From positions 288,001 to 352,000 of the forward strand of contig CAXXXF010000016.1 of assembly GCA_963667175.2 (NCBI GenBank): a stretch of 64,000 nucleotides of DNA, given 5' to 3'. The translations under genes and the position numbers were made by a program. Source of the DNA: Candidatus Latescibacterota bacterium (GTDB lineage Bacteria > Latescibacterota > UBA2968 > GCA-2709665). Positions 46,916 through 57,544 of this stretch are shown one piece after another (the stretch's first letter is position 1; each line of letters begins with the position of its first letter). The notes beneath the pieces were generated by a model. It made no database searches. It was not told the DNA's origin and saw only the letters and a list, made by a program, of their open reading frames with translations.

Positions 46916-49900
46916 TCAGGCGGGTACCTCCGGCGAATGCGGGGGATTCGAATTGCCTATGCCAAGCACCTCTCCAAGAAACCGGCCTGTATGCGACGCA
47001 TCGACCCGGGCCACTTCCTCAGGCGTGCCGGCCGCAACCAGGTACCCGCCTTCTTCACCGCCTTCCGGGCCGAGGTCGATAATCCGGTCCGCTGTTTTGA
47101 TGACGTCCAGATTGTGCTCGATGACAATTACCGTATTGCCCGCGTCGACGAGTCGATTCAACACGTCCAGTAGCCTGGCCACGTCGGCAATATGCAATCC
47201 CGTGGTAGGCTCGTCCAGCAGATACACGGTCTTGCCGGTATTCGGCCGTGCGAGTTCCCTGGCAAGTTTGACCCGCTGTGCTTCGCCGCCCGACAGTGTG
47301 GTCGAGGCCTGCCCCATTTTGATATACCCCAGTCCCACGTCGACGAGAGTCGTGAGTACGCGACGGATTCCAGGGACGTTTTCGAACTGCCGCAGCGCCT
47401 GATCCACCGTCATTTCCAGCATGTCTGCAATCGACCGGCCCTTATACCTGACGTTCACCACGTCCCGGCTGTACCGTTGCCCGTTGCAATCCTCGCAGGT
47501 AACCCAGACGTCGGGCAGAAAATGCATCTCAATGCACCGCGATCCCAGGCCCTTGCAGGCCTCGCAACGGCCTTTCCGGTGATTGAAGCTGAAGTGCCCC
47601 GGTGAAAACCCGCGGATCCGCGCATCGGGCAGCTGTGCATAGAGCCTGCGGACCTTGTCGAAAACCTTCACGTAGGTCGACGGGTTGCTGCGGGGCGAAA
47701 ACCCGATTGGGGACTGGTCTATATTGATCACCTTGTCGATGCCATCGAGCCCGCGGACCTCGTCGTGATCGCCGCCAGCACTGCGGTCGCCGTTCAAACC
47801 CGCCGCCAACGCCCCGTAAAGGACGTCGTTCACAAGCGACGACTTCCCGGATCCCGACACCCCGGTGACACCGATCAGCATCCCCAGCGGAAATTTCACG
47901 TTCAGGTTCTTCAGATTGTTGTGACGGGCGCCAACGATTTCGATGCACCCTCTCCGTGCCGATCTTCGCGGGGGCGGCTCGACGGCCAGCCTGCCCGCCA
48001 GATACTTCGCCGTCAGGGAACCGTTTGCTGTGCTCAGACTCTTCGGATGCCCCTCGGCAACCAGCGTTCCTCCGCAGGACCCCGCGCCGGGACCGAAATC
48101 CACAATGTGGTCCGCGGTTTCCAGCGTTTCGCGGTCGTGCTCGACCACGATGAGGGTATTGCCAAGATCCCGCAACCGGGCCAGCGCGGCAAGCAACCGG
48201 CGATTGTCCCGCTGATGGAGTCCGATGGTAGGTTCATCCAGTACGTAAAGCACACCCGTCAGCCCCGATCCGATCTGGCTGGCCAGACGAATCCGCTGCG
48301 CCTCGCCGCCGGACAACGTGGGGGCCCTTCGTGAAAGCGACAGGTAACCCAACCCGACGTCATGCAGGAACCGCATTCTGACGCGGATTTCCTGTATGAC
48401 TTCTCCGACCGAGTCCAATTCCGGGCCGGTCAGTTCCACGTCTTCAAGCCAGCGTCTTGACATAGCGATGGGCAGGTCGACCAGTTCGCAAAGTGTCGTA
48501 CCGCTCAAACGAACGGCGGCGCTTTCCGGCTTGAGGCGCGCGCCTCTGCACGCGAGGCACGGCACGTCTTCCACCAGTTCTCCCAACTTTTCGCGAAACC
48601 GCGGGGACAGCCTCACCAGTTCCTCGAGCGAACTGAACAGTCCTTTGTATCTGAAGCGCAGGCCGTCCGCTTGTGAAATCCATCGTTCTCCGGTACCGTA
48701 GAGAAGCGCTTCGAGTGCTGATTGGGACATCTGCGCGACCGGTGTCTCGAGGTCGAATCCTCCCGCGTCGCCTACCGCGCGCATCAGCGCCGACAACGGA
48801 CCGCCTTTCAGTCTGCCGAGAGCCGGCACGGCCCCTTCAGACAGGGATTTCCCTGGGTCCGGAATCAGCGTGTTCTTTCCCATCCCCTTCTGGGTTCCGA
48901 GGCCCTCGCACGAGTCACACCAGCCTTCAGGGCTGTTGAACGAAAGGTGCTGCGGGGTTATTTCGTCGAAACTCCTCCCACATTTCGGGCAGGACAGAAC
49001 CTGGCTGAATCTGGTTTCCTCACCATCGTCCGGGGACGCCACGATGACCACACCGCCGGACAACACCAGGGCTTTTTCAATCGAGTCCGCAACGCGCTTC
49101 CGCACGCCGGTTTTGAGCGTGACGCGATCCACCAGAATCTCAAGGTTGTGCGACTGCCGATAGTCGACCTCGGGGGGCGTTTTCAGATCGAACACGTCGC
49201 CGTCCAGCCGGCCCCTGAGGTATCCCGCCCGCGAGGCCCTGGCGATCAATCCGTTATAATCCGCACCTTTGCCCGGCCGCTGCGGGCTCAGCAGATAAAT
49301 GCGTCTTCCGGAAGGCATTCCCAGAATCCGGTCGACGATTTCCTGAATGGCCAGCGCCCCCGCCTGCACGCCGCAATCCGGACAATAGACCTTTCCGACA
49401 AGCGCGTACAGCGCACGCAGGTAGTCGTATACCTCCGTTACCGTGCCGACGGTGGAGCGAGGATTCCTGCTGGCCGCTTTCTGCTCGATGGCGATAGCGG
49501 GCGACAACCCGATCACACGCTCGACCTTCGGCTTGGGCAACTGCCCCAGGAACTGTCGTGCATATGCCGACAGCGACTCGACGTATCGCCGCTGACCCTC
49601 GGCGAATACCGTATCCAGCGCCAGCGAAGACTTTCCGGATCCCGATACACCCGATACGACGGTCAGTTTCTCGCGTGGAATCCGCACATCCACGTTCCGA
49701 AGATTGTTCTCCCTGGCGCCGGCGACCTGGATTTCACGAATCAGCCCCCGGTCCCGGCCTCGACGTTCCGGCGCGCCGTCGCGCCGGAACGGGTCAAGGT
49801 CGTGCCGCAACGCCGAACGCAGAGACCGGCCGGTGAAAGATCGTCGGGTCCGCGCGATGTGTTCCGGTGTACCTTCCGCCACCACGTTCCCTCCCGATTC

Positions 49901-52615
49901 TCCGCCGCCGGGTCCAAGGTCGATCACCCAGTCCGCCGTTTTGACGACATCCATGTTGTGTTCGATCACGACGACCGTATTGCCCAGATCCACTAGCCGA
50001 TGCAGCACCTTCAGCAGACTCTGTATATCTGCAAAATGCAAGCCTGTCGTAGGTTCATCCAGAATATAAAGTGTAGATCCTGTCTGTTTGCGGCACAATT
50101 CTTTAGACAGCTTCACACGTTGAGCTTCGCCACCGGACAACGTCGGCGCGGGCTGACCCAGTTTAACGTAGCCCATGCCCACCTCCACCAGCACCTCAAG
50201 AATCCGATGGATCTGCGGCACCGCTTCGAAAAAGGCACATGCCCGCTCCACCTCCATATCCAGCACATCCGCGATGGACGCCCCCCTGTACCGAATATCC
50301 AGCGTCTCCCTGTTGAATCGCCGCCCCTCGCAAACCGGGCACGTCACCCATACGTCGGCAAGGAAATCCATTTCAACGACATTGGCGCCGTTCCCGGAAC
50401 AGGCTTCGCATCGGCCGCCCTTCACATTGAAACTGAACCGGCCGGGGCGGTACCCTCTCACCCTGGACTCTCTGAGGTCCGCGTACAACGCCCTGATCGG
50501 GCCGAACACCCCGGTGTACGTGGCGGGATTGCTCCTGGGCGTGCGGCCGATGGGCTGCTGATCGATCTCAATCACCTTATCCAGGGCATCCATACCTTCG
50601 ATACGGTCGAAAGCGCCAGGTTCGGTTTCGGCGTGGTTCAGTTCTCGCGCCAACGTTCGATAAACAATGTCGTTTATGAGCGAACTCTTACCGGAACCGG
50701 ATACCCCGGTTACGCAGTTGAAAACCCCCAGGGGAAGTTCGACGTCGATACCCTTGAGGTTGTTCTGTCGCGCACCGAAAACCGCAAGGCGCCGTCCTTT
50801 CTGCGCCCTGCGGCCCGGTATCGCAATCGATCGTCTTCCGGAGAGAAAGGCGCCTGTACTTGATCGCTCCGACAGCGCGATCTGCCGCCAGGATCCACAA
50901 GCGACAACCTCCCCGCCCTGGTGACCGGCGCCCGGTCCGAAATCAACAATCCGGTCCGACCGTTTCATCGTCTCCTCGTCGTGCTCCACCACGATGATCG
51001 TGTTTCCCGCGTCCCGCAGCAGGCACAGCGCGTCCAGCAGCCTTTTGTTGTCGCGCTGGTGCAGTCCGATCGAGGGTTCGTCCAACACGTAGGTTACCCC
51101 GACCAAACCGCTGCCGATCTGCCCCGCCAGCCGGATTCGCTGGGCCTCGCCGCCGGAAAGGGTCGGCGCCGTCCTGTCCAGCGTCAGGTAATCAAGCCCG
51201 ACGTCCAGCAGGAATCTCAGCCGACCCAGGATCTCTTTGAGCGCATCCTCCGCGATCATCCGCCGGGTCGCCGTCAGGTTCAGTCCGTCGAAAAACGCAA
51301 AGGCATCCGCCACCGACATCGCCGCGACCGCGGACAGCGACATCCCCTCGATCGTTACCGCCGTAGCCTCGGCCGTCAACCGTGCGCCATGGCACGCCGG
51401 ACATTTCCCCATCCGCAGGTAAGGTCCCAGCCTCCGCCGCCAGGCCGGTGACCCGCCCTCCGCGTACCTGCGTTCAAATGGCGGAAAGATTCCCTCGAAC
51501 GAATCGTAATGTGTCCACACCCGGCCGTCCCGCCGTTGCCAATCGAGCCTGATCGGGCTCTTAACTCCGTAAAGCAGGTCGTCCCGCGCGGCCTGCGATA
51601 TCTCCCGCCATGGGGTATGTACGTCCATGCCGTGGCGCTCCAACACACCGTTGTAGTAGTGTATCTTCCAGCGGTTCCGCGGTTCGCCGAGCGGCGCTAT
51701 CGCCCCGTCCATGACCGACAGGGCGTCGTCAGGAATCGAACGCTTCGGATCCAGGGCAATCTGTGTACCGAGCCCCTTACACACGGAACACATTCCCTGC
51801 GGATTGTTGAAGGAAAACAGCTGAGGCGTGGGTTCCGTTGCGCTCAACCCGCACCGGGTGCAGGAATAGTTCGAACTCAGCAGCAGTTCCTCCCCTTCCT
51901 CGAACCCGACGATCAGCGTGCCGTTGCCGAATCCCAGTGCTGCGTCGACCGCTTCGCCGATGCGACCATGTCCATCCTCCCGCACGACCAGCCGATCCAC
52001 GACAAGGTCTATATCGTGCCGGATATGTCGTTCGAGCCGCTGCGACTCGGTCAGCTGTACCATCCGGCCGTCCACGCGGACGCGAAGATAACCCTCTCGC
52101 TGCAGCTCTTCGAACAGATCCAGATACTCCCCTTTTCTTCCCCGGACGAGCGGCGCCATCACAAAGATCCGTGTTCCTGCGCCCAGCGCCATGATCCGTT
52201 CCACGATTCCGTCGCGCGTCTGGGCGCCGATCGGCGTTCCGCACGCCACGCAATGCGGCTCTCCAACCCTTGCGTACAGTACGCGAAGGTAGTCGTAAAT
52301 CTCCGTCATCGTGCCCACGGTCGACCTGGGATTCCGTGCGGCGGCTTTCTGCTCTATAGACACGGTTGGCGAAAGGCCTGTAATCTGGTCGACGTCGGGC
52401 TTTCGAATCTGTCCCAGAAACTGGCGGGCATACGCGGAAAGGGACTCGATATATCGACGCTGCCCCTCCGCAAAGATCGTATCGAAGGCCAGCGAGGACT
52501 TTCCGGAGCCCGAAACCCCCGTGAAACAGATCAGTTGATTTCGCGGCAAGGTCAGGTCCACGTCCTTCAGGTTGTGAACCCGCGCCCCTTTGATGACGAT
52601 ATCTCGCGTTTCCAT
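46916..52615 (-). CDS. uvrA: Excinuclease ABC subunit A, double-length (two fused UvrA protomers)
   Basis: 1899 aa; four GVSGSGKSS Walker A and four LSGGEAQR signatures; two RNPRSTVGT and two sets of Zn fingers. Confidence 0.95.
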   Translation of the reverse strand: METRDIVIKGARVHNLKDVDLTLPRNQLICFTGVSGSGKSSLAFDTIFAEGQRRYIESLSAYARQFLGQIRKPDVDQITGLSPTVSIEQKAAARNPRSTVGTMTEIYDYLRVLYARVGEPHCVACGTPIGAQTRDGIVERIMALGAGTRIFVMAPLVRGRKGEYLDLFEELQREGYLRVRVDGRMVQLTESQRLERHIRHDIDLVVDRLVVREDGHGRIGEAVDAALGFGNGTLIVGFEEGEELLLSSNYSCTRCGLSATEPTPQLFSFNNPQGMCSVCKGLGTQIALDPKRSIPDDALSVMDGAIAPLGEPRNRWKIHYYNGVLERHGMDVHTPWREISQAARDDLLYGVKSPIRLDWQRRDGRVWTHYDSFEGIFPPFERRYAEGGSPAWRRRLGPYLRMGKCPACHGARLTAEATAVTIEGMSLSAVAAMSVADAFAFFDGLNLTATRRMIAEDALKEILGRLRFLLDVGLDYLTLDRTAPTLSGGEAQRIRLAGQIGSGLVGVTYVLDEPSIGLHQRDNKRLLDALCLLRDAGNTIIVVEHDEETMKRSDRIVDFGPGAGHQGGEVVACGSWRQIALSERSSTGAFLSGRRSIAIPGRRAQKGRRLAVFGARQNNLKGIDVELPLGVFNCVTGVSGSGKSSLINDIVYRTLARELNHAETEPGAFDRIEGMDALDKVIEIDQQPIGRTPRSNPATYTGVFGPIRALYADLRESRVRGYRPGRFSFNVKGGRCEACSGNGANVVEMDFLADVWVTCPVCEGRRFNRETLDIRYRGASIADVLDMEVERACAFFEAVPQIHRILEVLVEVGMGYVKLGQPAPTLSGGEAQRVKLSKELCRKQTGSTLYILDEPTTGLHFADIQSLLKVLHRLVDLGNTVVVIEHNMDVVKTADWVIDLGPGGGESGGNVVAEGTPEHIARTRRSFTGRSLRSALRHDLDPFRRDGAPERRGRDRGLIREIQVAGARENNLRNVDVRIPREKLTVVSGVSGSGKSSLALDTVFAEGQRRYVESLSAYARQFLGQLPKPKVERVIGLSPAIAIEQKAASRNPRSTVGTVTEVYDYLRALYALVGKVYCPDCGVQAGALAIQEIVDRILGMPSGRRIYLLSPQRPGKGADYNGLIARASRAGYLRGRLDGDVFDLKTPPEVDYRQSHNLEILVDRVTLKTGVRKRVADSIEKALVLSGGVVIVASPDDGEETRFSQVLSCPKCGRSFDEITPQHLSFNSPEGWCDSCEGLGTQKGMGKNTLIPDPGKSLSEGAVPALGRLKGGPLSALMRAVGDAGGFDLETPVAQMSQSALEALLYGTGERWISQADGLRFRYKGLFSSLEELVRLSPRFREKLGELVEDVPCLACRGARLKPESAAVRLSGTTLCELVDLPIAMSRRWLEDVELTGPELDSVGEVIQEIRVRMRFLHDVGLGYLSLSRRAPTLSGGEAQRIRLASQIGSGLTGVLYVLDEPTIGLHQRDNRRLLAALARLRDLGNTLIVVEHDRETLETADHIVDFGPGAGSCGGTLVAEGHPKSLSTANGSLTAKYLAGRLAVEPPPRRSARRGCIEIVGARHNNLKNLNVKFPLGMLIGVTGVSGSGKSSLVNDVLYGALAAGLNGDRSAGGDHDEVRGLDGIDKVINIDQSPIGFSPRSNPSTYVKVFDKVRRLYAQLPDARIRGFSPGHFSFNHRKGRCEACKGLGSRCIEMHFLPDVWVTCEDCNGQRYSRDVVNVRYKGRSIADMLEMTVDQALRQFENVPGIRRVLTTLVDVGLGYIKMGQASTTLSGGEAQRVKLARELARPNTGKTVYLLDEPTTGLHIADVARLLDVLNRLVDAGNTVIVIEHNLDVIKTADRIIDLGPEGGEEGGYLVAAGTPEEVARVDASHTGRFLGEVLGIGNSNPPHSPEVPA

Positions 52616-53026
52616 AAATCCGTCTTTCTCCCTGGTTAAAGCTTCAGGAAGAAACCCTAACTCCCTTGATTGCGGTCCCGACCGGCCTTTTACCGCGACC
52701 CCGTACGTCCGCCCCGTGCCACCGGTCGCGACGAGCCAACCGGAAAACAGGTTCGACGCGGTGATGAATCTTGCCGGAAACCGCTCCCGTCGGGTACCGG
52801 CACGCGATGTTGGAATCGCAATATACTACTCAAATGTTCAGGTACCAAGAAAAACCTGTATCGGTGCCCGTAATGACACGACTGCAACGCGACGGTTTGC
52901 CTCCGTGCGACGGGCGCCTGAACGGGTCCCTGAAATCCGAGGCGATCCCTGCTTCCAAACGATCAAAAGCGCCTTTATCCCAACGGACAAAGACGCTTGC
53001 GTGTACACTTCCGGTTTATGGATGGG

Positions 53027-53380
53027 TTACTCGGGCGGCTGGGTCTTGAAACTGGCCACCGCACGATCCACCGTATCCAGGGTCCGGAAGATGCCCGCCA
53101 GTTGCGTGACCATCAGAATACTCTCGATTTTCCGCGTAATGCCCGTGAGCCGCATGTCTCCGCCCGCATGCCGAACCGTGGTCAGACTGGCGGTCATGAC
53201 CCCCAGCATCGAACTGCCGAACCATTTCACCTTTGAAAAATCGACAACCACCCGGCTGATTCCGTCTTTGACCAGCCGTTTGATGTGGTCGTGAAACTCG
53301 GCCACTTCAGGGCCGGACATCAGGGCGCCCGTTACCGTGAGTACGGCAACATCCTCCCGGATCTCCTCATTGATCTTCAT
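53027..53380 (-). CDS. STAS-domain anti-sigma factor antagonist
   Basis: 117 aa; VVVDFSKVKWFGSSMLG, GGDMRL, ILMVTQL; GAGGGGG RBS. Confidence 0.88.
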   Translation of the reverse strand: MKINEEIREDVAVLTVTGALMSGPEVAEFHDHIKRLVKDGISRVVVDFSKVKWFGSSMLGVMTASLTTVRHAGGDMRLTGITRKIESILMVTQLAGIFRTLDTVDRAVASFKTQPPE

Positions 53381-53634
53381 GGTTCTACCCCCTCAAAGGT
53401 TTCTGGTTGCAACCAACCGCTGCATCGTTCGAAAAAACCTGTTTAACACCTCAGATTCCGCGAAGAGTTGCCACGGTTCCAATATAATTGCTAATATGTC
53501 AGGGATCAAGTAAGGAATTTCTCGGGGGCGGGTGTTTTGGCGGTTTTCGGCTTGACAAAGCCCCGTTCGACGGCTTATTTATTGGCGCCGATCCCGCGAC
53601 AATAAACGTCCCGTAATAAGAGAAGGCACGCGTT

Positions 53635-54429
53635 ATGGAACTTGGATGCAGCACAATACTATATGGCGGACATGACCTGAACGTCGCCATGGAACGGATT
53701 CGGGCGGCCGGCTACGGGGCCATCGAACTCTGTTGTATTCCCGGGATGGCCCCCCACCTGTCCATTGGCGAAAGCAACGCGTATTACAGGGATGTCGGAC
53801 GCCGGGCCACGGACCACAGGTTGGAAGTCGAGTCGCTCGGCGCGAGCGGCAATCTGAACGACGAGCGCCGCTTCCTTCAGATCCTGGACGCCGCGAACGC
53901 ACTCGGCGCGCCTATGGTCACGACGGGGCCGGGGGGTAAACCGGACGACGAACCGGAGTTCAACGCCACCGTTGAAAGAATCAACCGTCTTGCGGACCAG
54001 GCCGCCCGCCGCGGCGTACGGCTAAGTATAAAGCCTCACGTGGGCAACGCTGTCTACAACACGGACACCGCGTATCGCTTCATGCAACAGGTCGATCGAC
54101 GCCGGGTGGGTATCAACTACGACGCCACCCACATCTGGCGCAGCCCGCAGCGTGAGGTGCCCGAGGAAACGATCGGCAAAATCAGCGATTATATCTCTTC
54201 GGTAAGGATCCGCGACGTGAAGGGCAGGCAGACCGACATCGGGCCGGTGGAAACCCAGGTGGCCGGCAACGGCGATATGGATCTCCACGCCCAGGCGAGC
54301 GCGTTCAGGGCGATTCCCGGACTCAAGTACGCGGTTCTAGAGATTGTAGGTACGCGGGACATGGGTGTGGACGAGATAGACAGCGTTGTCAGGCGTTCGT
54401 ACGATTACTTCAGCCCGCTGTTCGAGTGA
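53635..54429 (+). CDS. Sugar phosphate isomerase/epimerase (xylose isomerase-like TIM barrel)
   Basis: AGYGAIEL, LSIKPH, GINYDATH, VRIRD, LE; TTGACA at 53552 upstream. Confidence 0.8.
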   Translation: MELGCSTILYGGHDLNVAMERIRAAGYGAIELCCIPGMAPHLSIGESNAYYRDVGRRATDHRLEVESLGASGNLNDERRFLQILDAANALGAPMVTTGPGGKPDDEPEFNATVERINRLADQAARRGVRLSIKPHVGNAVYNTDTAYRFMQQVDRRRVGINYDATHIWRSPQREVPEETIGKISDYISSVRIRDVKGRQTDIGPVETQVAGNGDMDLHAQASAFRAIPGLKYAVLEIVGTRDMGVDEIDSVVRRSYDYFSPLFE

Positions 54430-54517
54430 GATCAGAATCACGGCTGTCCTACCCCCGGCCTCGAATGCCCCCGGTTTGAGGATCAGCGGTTCACCGTTTC
54501 CTGCGAGGAGCATTGGT

Positions 54518-55540
54518 ATGATCCGCGTCGGCGTAATCGGCATGCGCGGCATTGGCAGCCAGCATGCGGAAGTTTACGTGAATAACAGGAGTTCGGATCT
54601 TGTGGCCGTCTGCGATCTGGTAAAGGAACGCGCGGACAGCGCGGCCGAGCGGTTTGGCGCGAAGTCATTCTACAACGTGGCGGATATGCTTCGTTGCGAA
54701 GAACTGGATGCGGTGAGCGTGGCGACCGGCGGTTTCGAAAACGGGGGCGACCACTACGAACCCGCCATCCGGTGTATGGAAGCCGGAATCAGCGTCCTGT
54801 GTGAAAAACCCATAAGCAACAACATTCATCACGCCCGTCAGATGGTCGACAAAGCACGGGCGTGCGACGTCCGATTCGGCATCAATCTGAACCACCGGTT
54901 CGTTCCGCCCGCGGCCAAAGCCAGAGGCTGGATTGCGGAAGGCCGGCTCGGCCGCCTGCTGCTCATTAACATGACCATGTGGATCGGGAATCCCAACGAG
55001 ACGTCTCCGTGGTTCCACCTCAGGGCCCTTCACCCTCACTCAATCGACATTATGCGATACTTCTGCGGAAATGTAAAGCGGGTACAGGCTTTTCTGAACA
55101 AGGCGCCCGGACGAAGCGGAGACCGTGAGACGGTATGCTGGTCCAACGCACAGATCAATATGCATTTCGAGAACGACGTCGTGGGTCACCTTACCGGAAG
55201 TTACGACACCAATCCCGCCCACAACCTGGAACGCTGCGAGGTGATGGGGACGGAAGGCCGTTTCGTCCTCGACAACTGTTTCGAAGACCTGACTCTCTAT
55301 CCCAGACGATCCGAGGAACTCACCGTCGTAAGGAACTCCATTATGGGCGGTCTGGTCTTCGAAGACACGTTCCCCAGACGAATCAACCGATGGATCGAAC
55401 AGCTGGACGAAGGCGCCTCTCAATCGGAAATCGAAGGGTCCGGCGAAGAAGGGCTCGCCGTCCAGGAAGTTATCGAAGCGGCGATTCGGTCGTGGGAAGA
55501 TCGTACAATTGTGGACGTGCCGATCGTACCTGGCGCATGA
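54518..55540 (+). CDS. Gfo/Idh/MocA family oxidoreductase
   Basis: VGVIGMRGIG, VAVCD, LCEKP, NHRF, HSID. ATG 54518 after GAGGAG. Confidence 0.9.
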   Translation: MIRVGVIGMRGIGSQHAEVYVNNRSSDLVAVCDLVKERADSAAERFGAKSFYNVADMLRCEELDAVSVATGGFENGGDHYEPAIRCMEAGISVLCEKPISNNIHHARQMVDKARACDVRFGINLNHRFVPPAAKARGWIAEGRLGRLLLINMTMWIGNPNETSPWFHLRALHPHSIDIMRYFCGNVKRVQAFLNKAPGRSGDRETVCWSNAQINMHFENDVVGHLTGSYDTNPAHNLERCEVMGTEGRFVLDNCFEDLTLYPRRSEELTVVRNSIMGGLVFEDTFPRRINRWIEQLDEGASQSEIEGSGEEGLAVQEVIEAAIRSWEDRTIVDVPIVPGA

Positions 55541-55611
55541 ACGGGCTGTTGCTCCCCTGCCACCATGGGAAGACGATCGCCAATGAAGTCTTCATCTTCT
55601 GCCCGGACAGA

Positions 55612-56859
55612 ATGACCACCGAACTCAACGGCGTGACGTATCGCCTTCCGCGGGTTCCGGTCGCCGTCATCTGCGTCGACGGCGGAGACCCCGAGTACCT
55701 CGAGGCGGCGCAGGAAGCCGGGGCGATTCCGTCGATCTCGCGTTTCGTGGAAGGCGGGTACAGCGGAACCGTCCACTGTGTCATTCCGAGCTTTACGTGT
55801 CCCAACAACGTCTCCATCGCCACGGGCGCTCCGCCGGCTGTACACGGCATTTCCGGCAATTTCCACCTGGACCGGCGCACCCGACGGACCATTCCAATGA
55901 CGTGCCCGTGGATGATGCGTTCGCGTACGATTTTCGACGTTATTTCAAAGGCCGGCGTCGAAACGGCCGTAATCACCGCCAAGGACAAACTCCGCAGGCA
56001 ACTCGGGAAGGGAATGGACGTCGGCGATGGCAACCTCTGTTTCTCATCCCAGCGAGCAGACCGTTGTACGATCCGGGAGAACGGCATTCAGGACGCGCTC
56101 GGCTGGGTCGGCAGGCCATTGCCAGACATGTATTCCGACGCACTGTCGCTGTTCGTACTGGACGCCGGCATCCGGTTCATCGAAAGAGACAACCGGCCGC
56201 GGCTGGCTTACCTGTCGCTTACGGATTACGTCCAGCACAGGTATCCGCCGGATCATCCCGCGGCTCTCGATTTTTATCGATCGCTCGACCGGCGTTGCGC
56301 GAGACTCGAACGCATGGGCGCGACCGTAGCCCTCGTGGCCGACCACGGCATGAAGGACAAGTGCGCGCCGGACGGTACGTACAATATCATCTGGCTGCAG
56401 GACCTGCTGGACCGTCGTTTCGGAACCGGAGCAACGCGTGTCATCTGTCCGATCACAGACGCGTTCGTTGGGCATCACGCCGCGTTGGGAGGATTCGTCA
56501 GGGTTTACTGCTTCGACGACCTGGAGGTCCGCGAGGCCATCCGCTTTATGGCGTGCATCGACGGGATTGAGGCCGTCTTGGAGCGAGCAGACGCGGCGGC
56601 CCGGTTCAATCTACCCGTCGACGTGGAAGCCGACGCGGTGGTGATCGCCGCCGACGCGTTCTGTATCGGCGCCTCCCGGGTCGACCATGATCTCGAGGGG
56701 CTGCATGGCGAACGCCTGCGATCGCACGGCGGCTTTTCGGAGCAGGAGGTACCGCTCATCCTCAACCGCCCGCTTACCGCGGAATACCTTGCGCGCACCG
56801 CGTCGGAACAGCTGATGAATTACCAGGTTTTCGAATTGGCGCTGAACGGCGTCGCGTGA
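55612..56859 (+). CDS. phnA: Phosphonoacetate hydrolase
   Basis: LNGVTYRLP, CVDGG, PSFTCPNN, AKDKLR, LTDYVQH, ADHGM, CPITD...HH.ALG, LRSHGG: alkaline-phosphatase-superfamily ligands in PhnA context. Confidence 0.9.
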   Translation: MTTELNGVTYRLPRVPVAVICVDGGDPEYLEAAQEAGAIPSISRFVEGGYSGTVHCVIPSFTCPNNVSIATGAPPAVHGISGNFHLDRRTRRTIPMTCPWMMRSRTIFDVISKAGVETAVITAKDKLRRQLGKGMDVGDGNLCFSSQRADRCTIRENGIQDALGWVGRPLPDMYSDALSLFVLDAGIRFIERDNRPRLAYLSLTDYVQHRYPPDHPAALDFYRSLDRRCARLERMGATVALVADHGMKDKCAPDGTYNIIWLQDLLDRRFGTGATRVICPITDAFVGHHAALGGFVRVYCFDDLEVREAIRFMACIDGIEAVLERADAAARFNLPVDVEADAVVIAADAFCIGASRVDHDLEGLHGERLRSHGGFSEQEVPLILNRPLTAEYLARTASEQLMNYQVFELALNGVA

Positions 56860-56980
56860 AGCGCCGTGCCACGGCCCGTGAGCGCCGAGGCGAACCCGCG
56901 CGCCATGAGGAATTTCCGGCGGGACCGGCGTCGAAATGACGTCCGGAAATGACGGAACAGAACAAAAAGGAGTCGAAGAC

Positions 56981-57382
56981 ATGAGCGAATCGAAGCTGTT
57001 CGAGGCCGCGTTCCCCTATGCCGACGATGTTCTCGCGCTTCCGGTGCAGGACATCGACGAAGCGTCAACCTGGTATTGTAAAGCGTTTGGACTCAAAGAA
57101 GCAGAAAGACACAGCGACCCGGTTCCCACGGTGGTGCTTGAAAGGGACGGCGTCCGGATTGGATTCGCTGTCAATGGCAGCGATCCCGGGCAGGAAGGCG
57201 CGGCAATCCGCGTGTCCGATATTCACAGGGCGAGGCGTGAACTGGAAGAAAAAGGGATCGAGACCGGCAACTGGAGGATCGACGAGAACGACGGGCGAAA
57301 ATACCAGGTCTTTTTCGTCGTTGCTCCAGACGCGCTCTGTTACTATTTCCACCAGCCGATCCAGGACGAACCCGCCAAATGA
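56981..57382 (+). CDS. VOC (glyoxalase-like) family protein
   Basis: LPVQDIDEASTWY..AFG and FFVVAPD beta-alpha-beta repeats. Confidence 0.75.
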   Translation: MSESKLFEAAFPYADDVLALPVQDIDEASTWYCKAFGLKEAERHSDPVPTVVLERDGVRIGFAVNGSDPGQEGAAIRVSDIHRARRELEEKGIETGNWRIDENDGRKYQVFFVVAPDALCYYFHQPIQDEPAK

Positions 57383-57544
57383 ATCGGCCGGGCAGGGAGC
57401 CCGGCCGGTCCGCGTATGCGTCGTCACGAGAACGAGGATGGGGAAACGACCGGCGATCGTTTCTTCTTCCTCTTTTCTCTTTCCTGGCAACGGTCACCGT
57501 CGATCTCGTCAAATGCACGGAAGCGTGCCGGAACGGCGCCGCGC

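Noticed and set aside
52820-52845. Possible LexA box upstream of uvrA (ACTCAAATGTTC)
   Set aside because: Only one GTTC half-site matches and the lineage's LexA motif is unknown; insufficient support.
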